DNA from: Camelus ferus
Taxonomy: Eukaryota
Reading direction: 5' to 3'
Assembly: GCF_009834535.1 (NCBI RefSeq)
Contig: NC_045697.1
Location: 71,612,001 to 71,676,000 of the forward strand
Length of the DNA stretch: 64,000 nt
Shown here: positions 1 to 12,469 of the stretch, one piece after another
Layout of the letters: each line of letters begins with the position of its first letter
Numbering within the stretch: the first letter of the stretch is position 1
Notes under the pieces: generated by a model
What the model was told of the DNA's origin: nothing
The model's database searches: none
The model's input: the letters and a program-made list of their open reading frames with translations, nothing else
Translations under genes and position numbers: made by a program

Positions 1-1444
1 TATTTCCTTTTAAGTAATTAAGAAAGCCAAATCTCCTGTCTCCTTAATTCCCAAACTGGGAGGAATACAAGCCTGCATGTGTTTTCCACCTTTATGTGTG
101 CAGTGTAATCAATTTGACCGTATGTCTTCCTTTTTCTGTCTTCTATTTATGTCTTTAATTTTGGATCTTCATTTTCTCCTTCTAGTCTTTTCACATGTAT
201 AGATTTCGTAGAGCATTGTTTATATGTAATGCAAACTGTCTGATCTCAAATCTGTATATAATCAACTAACATTTATGAGTGTTACCACTGTGCATTTTGT
301 TGCTTATAAATCCTCCCCTTAAAAATATGTGTACCAGTTTCAATGATCATGGCACATCTACTAGGTCTCCTGCCTCCCTTTCTCTTTCTTTTTATATATT
401 TTGCCATTGGACCCTTTTAAGCACTCTGGTTTGCTCTCAACAGTTGCGTCAGCTCTCTTCAAGCTTTATTTTATCATAATTTATATTTATATGAAAATAG
501 TAACATTCACATTTATTTCATATTTATCATACTTCTTTATTATCAAATTGTAGCTATAATGGCAGTAGGAAAGCTACTAATTCTTTCATTAAAACCTTAA
601 CATTTACATTTTGTTTTTGTATTACCAAACCAAGGATTTCAAATTTTTAGCTTCATTAAACCTAAAATAAGAAGTCTTAAATTAAGAACAGCAATAGAAT
701 AGTAGAGCTGTTGGAAAAACAAAACAAGAAAAATGACAACACAATGCATAGAAACAAACCGCACAGAAGCATTTGTTTTTCTACCTTCCATCTGAGCTAT
801 ATAATGCTGTAAGAGCTCTGGTTTGCTGGTCAGTGAGGTCTCATGGCCTTTCAAATGAAGTCCATTCTTGTTACATGACCTTTCAACTCCAGCATAGATG
901 TCCAGGCCATTTCTGTCATTACCATTAGTGTGGGCATGTGCTGTACACTAAGTTAATTGCATTACCTCCCATTGAACACAGTCTCCCGTTTCTTCCTTAA
1001 TATCATTGTTCTTATGCTGCCTCCTTTATGTGGAATACTTTTCCCCATGTTTTCAGTTGAAATCCCAGGCATCCTGCAAGGTCAGTTGAAAAGCTGCTCT
1101 ATCAATTAATTCATTTCAGATCCTTTCTGCTTGAAAATATTCTCATCTCTAGCTCTATGAAGTTTTTATTATTCTTTACTTATGTCTCATTATATTCTTC
1201 ATGATTATTTTTTGAGAATTTATTTTCTTCTCCTCATTACTTTCTGTTTCAAAAATGTAATGCTGGTAACTTTCTTTCTAAAATATTTCAGTATTATAAA
1301 CATCCAGAAAGAGAACAGAAGAGTACAAATTGTGTTTTTAAGTGCAGATTTATAGATGTTTATTGGTACAGTTGGGTTTTCACTTTATTAATAATGAAAA
1401 GGTTTACTGTGGTATTCTTGCCAAGACTACATAACCTGAAATTT

Positions 1445-2320
1445 GGGAGGGTTCAAGATGGCAATGTAAGAAGATCCTAAATTTATGTCTTCTCATGGAG
1501 CAAACAAATCTACAACTATATATATGGAATAATTCCCTAAGAATTTTTGGACTATGTCCAAAAAAACTGTAGGAAACAGAAAACCCACTCATAAAAGGCT
1601 TGCACACATCTCACTCAGCATGAAAACCAGTCCAAAAATACCAGATTGAAAAGCACATGGCCCATAGGTGTAGGGGACCCATTTACTAATCTTGAAGAAT
1701 CTGAAGCATCTGCCAGAGAGGCAAGGACAAGTTGGGATTCTCCCCAGAGACTAAGAGACTGGCAGGGGCTTTTTGTGTGTGTGTGTGTGCCATCTCAGGC
1801 TACCTTCCTAATGCTGACACTGGCAGGTGCCATTTAAAAATTCTTCCTCTAACCTGTTACCACCAGTGGGCAGGCCCTGCTGAGAGTCACACCTCGGATG
1901 GACCTTGAAGCCAGGCCGGGGCCAGCCCTGCTCACCAGTGTGCTGTAGCAACGTGGCGCAGCCACAACAGGAAGTTTCACAAAGTCCATGTGCCCCCAGG
2001 GGGACACCCCTTGAGCACCTGGCTCTCGTGACTAAGCAGAATTATGCTTCTGAGCCCCACAGGACATTTTCTCAATAAGGCTACTCCTTCAAGACTTGGA
2101 GAGAGAGCTGGTTTACCTAATATGCAGAAACACAGATAATTCGGCAAAATGAAGAAACAGAGGAGAGTGTTCCAATCAAAAAAACAAGACAAATTTCAGA
2201 AAATTATATAAATGAAAGAAGAGAGGCAATCTATCTGATAATGAGCTCAAAGTTTTGGTCATAAAGATGCTCACTGAACTCAAGGGAAGAAAGGATGAAC
2301 ACAGAACACCAACAAAGAGA
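1445..2320 (+). mobile_element. L1 LINE 5' fragment (5'UTR plus decayed start of ORF1)
   Basis: Starts GGGAGGGTTCAAGATGGC (L1 5'/YY1-like). ATG at 2149 gives MKKQRRVFQSKKQDK, followed by NLSDNELKVLVIKMLTELKGRKDEH, typical of the L1 ORF1p N-terminus. Confidence 0.85.
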
Positions 2321-3117
2321 GAGAAAACATGAATGTATGTCTATGTGTGTGTGTGTATGATTATTAGTTAAATATCCTGAGTCATCTCCTACACATATCT
2401 GTAGTTCTAAGAGAACTACAGAGAACACATTCTTGTGTTATGTGCTGATAGTTTTGTGTCTTTGAGAGGTTATGGCTTTTGAAGGAGGACATAGTTCAGT
2501 GTATGCACCATGAAGTTAGACCGAATTATCCTTTTGTTGGCATTCATGGAGCCTCCAAAAGTCTGTTTTGTATGTAATAATATAGCATTTTACTGCCATT
2601 CATTCTGTTGGATGGGGCCGGGGTCATCTGGCACGAGAACTCATGTTCACTCTGTACTGTTTACTTATTTTTTATTCTATGTAATGTTGTAGCCCTTTAT
2701 GTCATGTACCATGTCTTATGTCTTCTACTCTGGCTTGTTGCCTATTGTATATATTGTGTTTCTTAGAAAAATCGAGTGGTTCAAAAACATTCGATAATGA
2801 TTAGGTATCATAATCTTGTATGAGTTTCTCCCCCAAATTTCCTGCATAAGATGAATTTTTAAAAGGGGAACTTTTTTTTCAATTAAACAAGTGTTAAATA
2901 AGTATATTTTCCTACAGAAACCCTGTTACTTGCTTCTGAGCCCAGACTGGTAGGCATAGCAAAGCACTGACTTAATTAGGAATACTTTCCATCTGATATT
3001 ACTGTGATGATTAAGCTTTTAATACATTTAAAGAGTGTACACTTACGAGAATTCCTGGCAAAGAATCTGTGCTCAATAAACTTAAGCTAGTTTTATTACT
3101 TTCCTGTCTATACATAA

Positions 3118-3236
3118 AATGAGAGGAAGGAAGAAAAGAAGGAAGGGAGGGAGGAAGGGAGGGAGAAGCGAAGAAGGAGGGAGGAAGGACAAAAGAGGAG
3201 AGGGGAAGTTGGGGAGGAGGAGGAGAGGGGAAGAAG
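3118..3236. repeat. GA-rich polypurine low-complexity tract
   Basis: Nearly pure G/A (GGAA, GGGA, GGA units). Confidence 0.9.
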
Positions 3237-4489
3237 TATCTGAGAGTTGCGGAGAGATGCAGAAGGAGAGACAGGTACCCTAGGACTGCAAATAGAGGTC
3301 AAGGTGTGATTGATTGAGCAAGAAGGAGAAATCAAAGTGGTGGATGGAAAGCTCAAGGTTGAAAGAGTGTCAAGGAAAGTAGTGAGTCAAATATCAAGTA
3401 AACAGTAAAAAAAAAAAACCAAAAACCTAAATAAAACGAACGAACAAACAAAACCTCCCAAACTAGGAGAGGTTAGAGTTCAGGAAACAGAAAACAGGTG
3501 GGAATTGAAGTAGGAAGAAATAGGAAGAGAATTGATTTGTCACTAAGGCTGATAACAAAGAACAGATTCATTTATTTTTGGATTTACACCTACTCCTTTG
3601 GTGGGCCCAGGGCAATCATCAGGTGAGGGCCTGAGGCTTTGGACCCCCGCTCAGAAAACAATGCCTGCACAGAGTAGAAAGGAGGAGACTGGAGAGAAGT
3701 GCTGTTTCTATTTCTGGTAACTTACCAGGTAATGGCTTGTTTTCTCACAAGCTGGATGTGGTGAATATAGACAAAAGGATATACATGTTAAAAGCAGGTG
3801 GAAATTCTATTTTCTAGTGGTTTTAGTTGTTCATTTTCACAATTTGATGTGTTTGGGCTTTCTCTAATAAATAAGGTGAATGAATTAGAATCACTCCTCC
3901 TGGTTTAAGTTCGCAGTTTTCAAAATTGAAAGTTTTTTTTTCTTGGTCAGAACTTACAAATGTTAAATTAAATTTACTCGTTTTATGAAGTAAAGAAAGT
4001 CTTGTCTAATTGTTTCATTAAGGGAGCCCTCTTACATTGCTCCAACCTTATGTACTAGGAAGAAGAAGAGGAATAAATGCCCATCATTATTCACTGGGTG
4101 GGTCTCTGTCCATCTCCATCATTCTGTTCAGAATAGTGGGGAGGGGGTTGGCCAGAACCTCAGAGCCCTGGCTCCCCCTAGTTTCACTGAATACAGTCTC
4201 TGATAGTGACTTGTGAAGGAGGAAGAGTAGCAGAGGCCATGGAAAGAAACATTAAATGAGTTCCCCTGTGGCTGGTGCAGTCTGAAGTTTAAGAACCACT
4301 GGTCTAGACTGTCTCATAAGTAAAATGTTTATTAATAGATAATTAAGTATTGCTCAAAGAAGTAGAAATGGTGGCTTTGCCCATTTGAAATTAGCATCTC
4401 TCCTTTGTTGTTTGAAATAGTTGGAATGCTCCTCAATTTATCTATCCATTTTATTATCCACATAAATTGTGACTATTTACAGAGGTCAT

Positions 4490-7400
4490 TAGTTTTGGTT
4501 TTGTTCAATTAACGCAGTTACAAATGTTAGGAATACTTTTTGCATGACTCTGCTGGTGCACAAGTGTTAGTTTGGGGGCATAGGTCCAGGAAAAAGATTG
4601 CAGTCATAGGATTTGTGCATGTAAATTTAATGCAAATTGTCTCCTCAACGCAGTTGTATGGAATTGCTTCTTGTATGAGTCCTCAATGCTTCCCATTCTC
4701 TTCAATACTTGGTACCCTCAGAATTTTTAGTTTTCGGTTTAGTGGATGTGAAAGTATATTTTCTCGTAGATATAACTTACATTTTCTTGATTGCTAATGA
4801 GCGTTTTCTCATATAGTTGCACATTTATATATTCATATATTTCAGTCTCCAGTTTTGTTCTATAACATGCTTCCTCATGTCTTTTACTCACTTTGTCTTT
4901 TCATTTATTGAATAATTTAAAAATATTTAGTTATGTAGTTTATAAATATCTTCTCAGAGTTTGAGTTTGGGGCTTAAATTTTTAACTTCCTTTTTAATAG
5001 TTTTGATAAACAAGCTCTTAATATAGTTAAGTGTATCAATAGTTTTCTTTTAGCTTACTACTTGTTATATCCTAGAAGTCTTTGCCTCTTAGGTCTTACA
5101 GATATCTTCTAAAATTTGAAACTTTTAACTTTCTCATTACATAGGACATCCATCTGGAATTAATTCTGTGTGTAATGTGAAGTTGGACTCCAGATTATTT
5201 TATCCATTGTGAATTAATTACCTGTTCTTTGAATGTTTCAATTGAATTATTTAAGAGTTTTGGAATCATTCAGGTTTTCTGTTTGAGTAATTTTTGTTAT
5301 TTTGTTTTTCTAGAAATTTGCTGATTTTGTTTTCAAATTTACCTTTATAAAATTGTTTATAACATTTCTTTATTTTTAATGTCTGCTCTACATAATGTCT
5401 GCTCTCTTTATTTCTAAGATAATTTATTTGTCTCCTTTTGTTTTATATGTTAACCTTCTCAGAAGTTTGTCAGTTTTATTTGTCCTTTCAAAAGACAGTC
5501 TTTTAAATTAAAGAAATTTTTCTATCATATATTTTTCTATTTTAGTTATTTTATGCTTTATTTAATATTTCTTTCTTTATACTTTATTTCAATTTTTAAA
5601 ATGCTTAGCTCATGGATTTATCTAACCCTTCTGTTTTTCCTTTCTTTGGTAAATATTTAAGACTATAATTTCTTGCCAAGTAATTCTTTATCTATATCCA
5701 ATAAGCTCTTACAACACTTTTCATTATTATTCAGTTCCATTTATTTTCTACTTTTATTTTGATTTCTTCTTAAGTATTACAAATAAACAGGAGTATGGGC
5801 TTTAATTTATCTTTTTGTCATTCACTTCTAAATTTTGTTGTGTGGTCAGAGAATTGTGGTCTATTATTCAGGTAGTTTGAAATTTACTGAGTTCAATTTA
5901 TGGCTTGGTATTTGATTGATTTTTAAAATATTCCATGTGTGCTTGAAAAGAACACTTATCTCTGTATTTGGAATGCATCATTATTTATGGCCATTAGACC
6001 AAGCTTGTTATCTATATGTTATAGCTTTTTATAGTCTTATTTTGAGCTATCTTTTTATCTTTGTTCTGTCTTTGTTTATTAGGTGTATATTTTATAAATG
6101 GTACATAAGTGAATTTTAAAAATTCAGTCTCAGAATCTTAATATTTTAATGTATAATTTAAGCAATTTGTATTGATTGTGATACCCGATGCATATGGGTT
6201 CAATTCTTCCATCTTATTTATTGCTATTTGTTCCATTTTTTCTTGTTTCTTTTTTCTTTTTTTTTTTTTTTTTTTTTTTTTTGCCTTTTTTGGGATTGAA
6301 TTCCTCCTTATTCCATTTGCATGCTACTTTATTCTTTTAGTGATATTCTAGAAATCTCAAGATATATGCTTAGCAACTAACTTACTAAAAATTATCTTTA
6401 ATTACTAACTATTATCTTTAATTATTATCTACCCTTTCCACTGAAAAATGAAAATGCCGTTTGTAATGCTTTAACTGTAAAATCACCTCTTTTTCCAACT
6501 TTTCAGGATTATTATTTTTTAGTTTTTTTTCACATTTTTTATGTTTATAGAATCATTATTTGTTTAACTTAAACCACCTATTTACAATTTTATTTGTATG
6601 CCGTTTTTTCCTTTCATCTAAAACTCTCTTCCTGGGATCATTTTTTTTTCCCCAAGAAGCATATCTTTAAAAATTGTCCTTGATGAGCTCTGTTAGTAAT
6701 AAACTATCACAATTTCAATTTCTGCAAAAATGTCAGATTTGCATCATTATTGAAGATAGTCTCACTAGATATAAAAGTTCAGCTATTTTCTCTCAGTTCT
6801 TGAGAATACTGTTCTACTCTCTTCTCACATCAGTGTTGCTGCTGAGAAGCTGGTTATCTAGCAACCACTCATCTATAGGCAATCTATTTTTCTCAATAGC
6901 CAGCTCTTAAGATCTTGCTGTATTTGAGTTTCTTCAGTTTTATAGCAATGTGTCTAGATATTTAACTTTTTAACTTATCCCATATGTAATTATTTGAGTT
7001 TTTTAGATTTGAGATTCCATGTCTTTTCATAATCTGAAAAACGTTCAGCCTTTACATCTTCCCTCTTCTCCATTCCTCCAGGTACCTCCTGCACCCGATT
7101 AAGCGCATGTATGACTTCTCATTCTCCCTGTGTGTCTCTAAACCACCCTTTCCCATCTGCCCTCCCTTTGTTCCTCTTGCTTCGTTGTACTTAATTTCTT
7201 CAGATTTATCTTTTGGATGACAGATTCTTCAGCTGCTTCTCATCTGCCTCTGACAATCTTTATGGAGGTTTTAATTTCAGTTATTACATGCCATAACATT
7301 TTTCACTTCTTAGAGCTCAGTTTGGGTATTTGATCAAAGCCTAGTGCATCTTAATAGTCTTTGATTTCTTCACAACCTCATTCTCTTCTGTAAATTCCTT

Positions 7401-7600
7401 TCATTATATTAACACTTATTTATATTCTTTTTCTAAAAATAGTCATACATGGATTGCTGGCCTGGTTCTCCAAGGCTTTTGTTCTTTTAAGTATTTTTTT
7501 CATTGTAATTGATGGAACATGGAACTTTATCTGTATAAATCCTTTGAGGCTTGATTTTAACGTATTTTGCTAAAGAAAAGATTTAGGTCTGTTTCTGCCA
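4490..7600 (-). mobile_element. Highly decayed old L1 (L1ME-like) fragments
   Basis: T-rich plus strand with antisense L1 motifs such as 'ttgtgtggtcagagaat', 'aatttactgagttcaatttatggcttgg', 'ttgaagatagtctcactagatataaaagttc' and 'tgttgctgctgagaagctg'. Includes a T26 run at 6257-6282. Confidence 0.7.
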
Positions 7601-9599
7601 GGAACTTGAATTTCCACCTGGGACCACTTTAAACTAAATTTTTGGCCTGCAGTTTTCTGGCAGTTTTTAAGGTAGAATCTATCCAGGTCCTAAACTCAAC
7701 ATGAATGCTCTTAGTTTAGGAGATTTCTGGAAGCAGTCTTTCTACTTTCCTATTCCACCCAGAGTCAAGGCTGAGAAAGAAAAACAAGTTTTGAAGCTTT
7801 GAGTGTCCCAATTGATAAGAAGATTTTTGGTCTGATCTCTCACTTTGCTCACATCCTGACTTTGTCTCCTCTCCAGTGAATGCGATGCTCCTAAAAACCC
7901 AGTACCACAGGGACTGGCAGAAAAACTCAGAGCAAATGTGGGTTCCACTGTATTCCCTTAACATTATGGATTTGTGCCTATTTATTGTTTTAGCCTCTGA
8001 GAAATTTTCTTATGCTACCTTCAGTAATTCATGAATGGAAGAGTATTGTTATTATTAATATTATCCTTTATAGTGTTTTAGGTTCAGTATACAGGAACTG
8101 ATAAGTCTTAATCTCTAATCTGTTCTACTTCTGTTAACAGATTACTAGAAACACTTTTTTAAATTGGAAAGAATTATCAGTTACAAGTAAAACAAGGACT
8201 GTAAAAAATTAGAACTTTCAATTTACTAAGATTTCTGGCATGCATCTTGAGACATGGCCTCCAGGAGCCTTTGCCAAACATCTAAAACTGCCTTTTGGCT
8301 CTGGTTTACCTTTACATGTTTCATTTTCATTGTCAAAATTCACCCATGAAATAAAGCAACCATAAAGCTTTAGTGGATTGATAGTGTGAAATTTTTAGAC
8401 ATTCCAATTAAGGAGAAAAAAATTTTTTAGCGATTCTAATATGTTGCCAATAAAAATTCTTTTAAAAAATATCAGTGAAACAAAGTTATACTGAAATATG
8501 TGAGACAGGGATTTATTAGAAACAGTAGAGATTTAATCAATTTTCAAAATAAACCATATGGGATTCTTTAACTGAAAAGAAAAAAACTATTTTAATAAAT
8601 GATGCCTGTGTTCTACTTTTCCCATCATCTGTTGGTCATCAAAGATAATAAGTAGGTGTATATCATAATAGAAAAGATGTGATTAAATTAATTTTCAAGT
8701 TTATTTACATGCATGGCACTACATTAGGTGGTTGAATTCAGAGATATGTCAAGAAAAGATTAATTTTTTTATAGTGGACTTTATGGTTTAAGGAAACTTA
8801 CTGATTTATGTTTATAATAATAGCAAATTAGAAATAAGTGTGGTATGACACATTAATTAAATTGAAACATTTGAATTATGGTTCCTTTGCAAATTCCTAC
8901 CCTGAGGAGGCCTTTTATGTGAAACCATGTTGTTCTGCTTTCCCAGTAATACATTGCCTGTGTCCAGTAACTGTGCTTCTTCTGTGTGCTGGCCTTTGAG
9001 CAGATGTGTCTAGGGAACATGTGGCATAAAATTTACTTTTGGCTTTACTGGGTGTTCTTCCTTCTAATGCTTTCTCCTTCAATTTAATTGAGTTATAAAG
9101 GGGTTGGGACAGGAGAGGCCATTTTATAAAAAAAAAGTATACCTAAAAAAGAATGTCATAGATAAATCCATAAACTCTTAGATTATAAGGTTACATAAAT
9201 AGTAGCAATGAAGTTCATTACCTAAATCCATTACAACTTTCTTTAAATCTTTTGTCCATTTCACTGATCAGAAACTGTAAACCTTATACAAGGTGATTGT
9301 TTTTCAGCCATTTAAACATCCCATTCAGATCATTTCTGATCAATCCTATTGTTGCATAATTGTTTACCAGATTAGAAAGAAAACCTTTCAGTAACACTTG
9401 TCTGGTCACATTTATAATCATGTCTGTTACTCATAAATATAGGATGATAAAAATGACTCTAGAAAAGCCCAATTAGTTGTTTTCATTTATTTAAACTCTT
9501 CCATTTGGGGAGTATGTAACAACATGGACAAATACGCTGAGGCTAGAGCAAATCTATTTCACTGAGAAAATTCCACATAGCTCCGAATGACAATAACTC

Positions 9600-9990
9600 A
9601 TGTGTAGGTATTCTTGTATAACAAGGCTGGAGAGATACCTGAGCTAGAGGCAATCTGAATGGCCTTTCATGCTTCTGTGGAGCTTGATTTTTAACTGCAA
9701 GGCACTGTTTTCAAATACCTTTCAAATGTGGATCAGATATAGCCAGACAAGGGTTTTAGAAGGATTATTGTGACAGTGTGGTATACAGTTAATGGCTACA
9801 ATGACTGGACAAGACGATATTGCAATGATATGGAAGAGAAATGATGAGGGCCTGAATTAAGGAATTAATGGGGAGATGGATTCTAGCGGATGAATTAGAA
9901 CGATGCTTAAGGATAAAATAAACACATCTTAAGGACGAATTGGACATAAAGACATTTGAGGGACAGTAGGAAGGTGAGGGTTTCTGTCCT
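9600..9990 (-). mobile_element. L2 LINE fragment
   Basis: 'ttttagaaggattatt...tattgcaatgatatggaagagaaatgatgagggcctgaattaagg' is a typical antisense L2 motif. Confidence 0.65.
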
Positions 9991-10074
9991 TGGCGAGTTT
10001 TGTTCTCCCAAAATGTGGCTTAAGACATTTCCTCTCAGCTCTGTATCTATATTTATATCTATATAATTCTAAGC

Positions 10075-12469
10075 TAGAAGTTCTTAAACATTTTCTTCTC
10101 AAGAAACTTTATATTCTTAAAAGTTTTTGAGAACTCAAAGAGCTTTTGTTTATGTCAGTTATATTTATTGATTTTTATTATGTCAGAAATTAAAATGTAG
10201 AATTAAAATATTAATTCATTTAAAATAATAAATTCATTACATGTTACCACAAATAACATATTTCTATGTAAAAGGGCTATATTTTCAAAAACAAAAATTA
10301 ATTAGTGAGAGAGGCAGCATTGCTTTACATTTTTGCAAAACTCTTTAATGTCTGGTTTAATAGAAGTCAGTTAGATTCTCATATTGGCTTCGGCAACATG
10401 TTGTACATGAACAAAATGGTCTCACTCTGATATGTAGTTAGAAAGAGAGGAGTATTTTTTAATACTACATTCAGACTTGACAAGTGCTAATTTCTTAAAG
10501 CTTTGTTGCAATGTAGAATCTAAAAATCTTATCAATGAACTTCTTGTGCTGTGTTAAATTACACTTCTTTGGCCTGTCTTGCACTTTAAATGACTGTTCT
10601 ACCAATGCAGGATTCTGTAACATCATACAGTGGTCACGTGGAAAATATTGATTCACTTAGATGCAGAACTTCAAAGTATTGACATATTGACATATTTCAT
10701 TATACAGCATCCTCGAATCATACTCATTTATATCACTAGTGATCTAATCAGAAAGTATTAAGAATTGAGAAGCTCTCAAGCTCATGGTATGGATACAAGT
10801 TTTCTTAAAGTTCTATTTTTTGCTCAAAGTACAAATTTTCTCATTGCCAACAAATATTGTCGATAAGCTTTCCTTGAAGTTGCAGGTTCACTTTATTCAC
10901 TTTCAAGAAAATGTCTGCTGGTAGTCATGTCTGAATAACCTAAACATGGGTTGTCTATTAGTTGTTCTTTCAAATATAGCCTGTTTCAAGAGGGGAGCAG
11001 AGGAGGGAGCCTAATGACTTTCTCAGCAGCAAATCAAATAATTGCACAGCTCCTTTTCCTTGAGATAACTACTGAACTTCAACAGGCTGCAGAAGTGCAG
11101 TATGCCTTTGGCCACATAGAATATTAAAAAGACATATATACTGGTCTTTCTTTTCTTGCCAGATAGAGTAATTAGGATCGAGTACAGCTAAACAAAATGT
11201 ACAAAGCATATATGAAACAACCATTTTCAGATATTGGACATGAGGCCATTCAGGAACATCATCCCCAAGAGAGGGGAAACTGTAAGATGGGTCCTGTAAT
11301 TGCCCCGGCTTATGTCCTGGAGAGTTTCCAGGCCACAGGAGGGGAAGGAGTAAGCCAGGTTGAGTCACTGGTTTCCCAGAGTTCAGGAGATGGAGGTGGG
11401 GGTACAGGCAGGCTGAGGCAACTTGAGTCCACGAGGCAGAGTACTGAAGTGGAGAGAACTTCATGGAGAGGAGCTATGGAGAGCTGCAGGGGATTGCTAG
11501 AATCTCCAGCTGAATACAAATCACCACACGCCTGAAAGAAAACTACTCGAGACTAAAGAAAGAACCATCCTGAGGGAGCAAAAGAACATCTCAGGAGCTC
11601 ACTCTGAGCTGGGAATAGCTTGTGTTTCCACCAGCAAGAGTAGAAAAACCTTATAATCTGAGAAACATCAGGGAGGACACTTAGCGAGGTATTGCCTGGC
11701 TAGTGGTGGCAAAATCAGCCCTAAACGAAAGTCTGTTCCAGTCATGCCTAACAAAATTTAAAAGCAAGCCTTAAAGAGATAAAACTGTTTTCAAACAACA
11801 TTGCTTCGCTCAGAACAAAGCTGAAGTGTAACTATACAGCACCCAAGGAAGATGAAGTTTGTAATGTCCAATAGCAAATCAAAAATTACCCAGCATGCAA
11901 GGAAGAAGGCAAATTTCACACATGATCAGTAGAAAAGTCAATTATAAAGGACTTGTATACAGTATATATAGAGAGAGAAATCTCAAAACACAATAAAAAG
12001 GTAAAAAATGCAATGACAAAACTGAGTGAAAGATTTAAATAGGCACTTCACCAAAGAAGATATTCAAATTGCAAGTAAAAACGTGAAAAAGATGCTTGAT
12101 GTCATCAGTCATAGTGGGACAAACTACACGACTATTTTCCAAAGTGGTTATACCATTTTATTTTCCCACCAGCAGTGTTGAGAGTTCCCGTTGCTCCCCA
12201 CCCTCACCAACACTTGGTCAGTCTTTTCAATTTCAGCCATCCTAATGGTTTTGCAGTGGTATCTTATTGTGGTTTTTTTTATATACAAAATTAACACTTA
12301 CTTTAAGCACAAGTGTATGGTGGTTAACAGCATAATTTGGTGCCATGACCTTTATTAGTCATGCTTAGGCCATGGTTGCTTTTCCATTACTTTTGCACCA
12401 TCATAGTCAGATTACATCGTAGTATTATTATGAAAATTGTTTTGACCTCATGGACCCTCTGAATCACTG
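10075..12469. mobile_element. hAT-Charlie (Charlie1-like) DNA transposon fossil split by an L1 insertion
   Basis: Left end tagaagttcttaaac...caaagagcttttgtttatg. Right end ...gtattattatgaaaattgttttgacctcatggaccctctgaatcactg. Degenerate 8-bp TSD ttctaagc (10067-10074) / ttctagtc (12470-12477). Confidence 0.75.
11150..12280 (+). mobile_element. L1 pieces nested in the Charlie element: 5' region (+), ORF2 3' piece (+, about 11945-12120) and an inverted ORF2 piece (-, about 12128-12278)
   Basis: 'aggcacttcaccaaagaagatattcaaattgcaagtaaaaacgtgaaaaagatgc' on +, then 'ttccaaagtggttataccatttt...cccaccagcagtg...gtggtatcttattgtggtttt' (antisense L1 ORF2). Confidence 0.8.

Noticed and set aside
11069..11535. 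Longest ORFs in the track (131 aa on -, 112 aa on +)
   Set aside because: They lie in a decayed L1 5' region and show no recognisable protein similarity.
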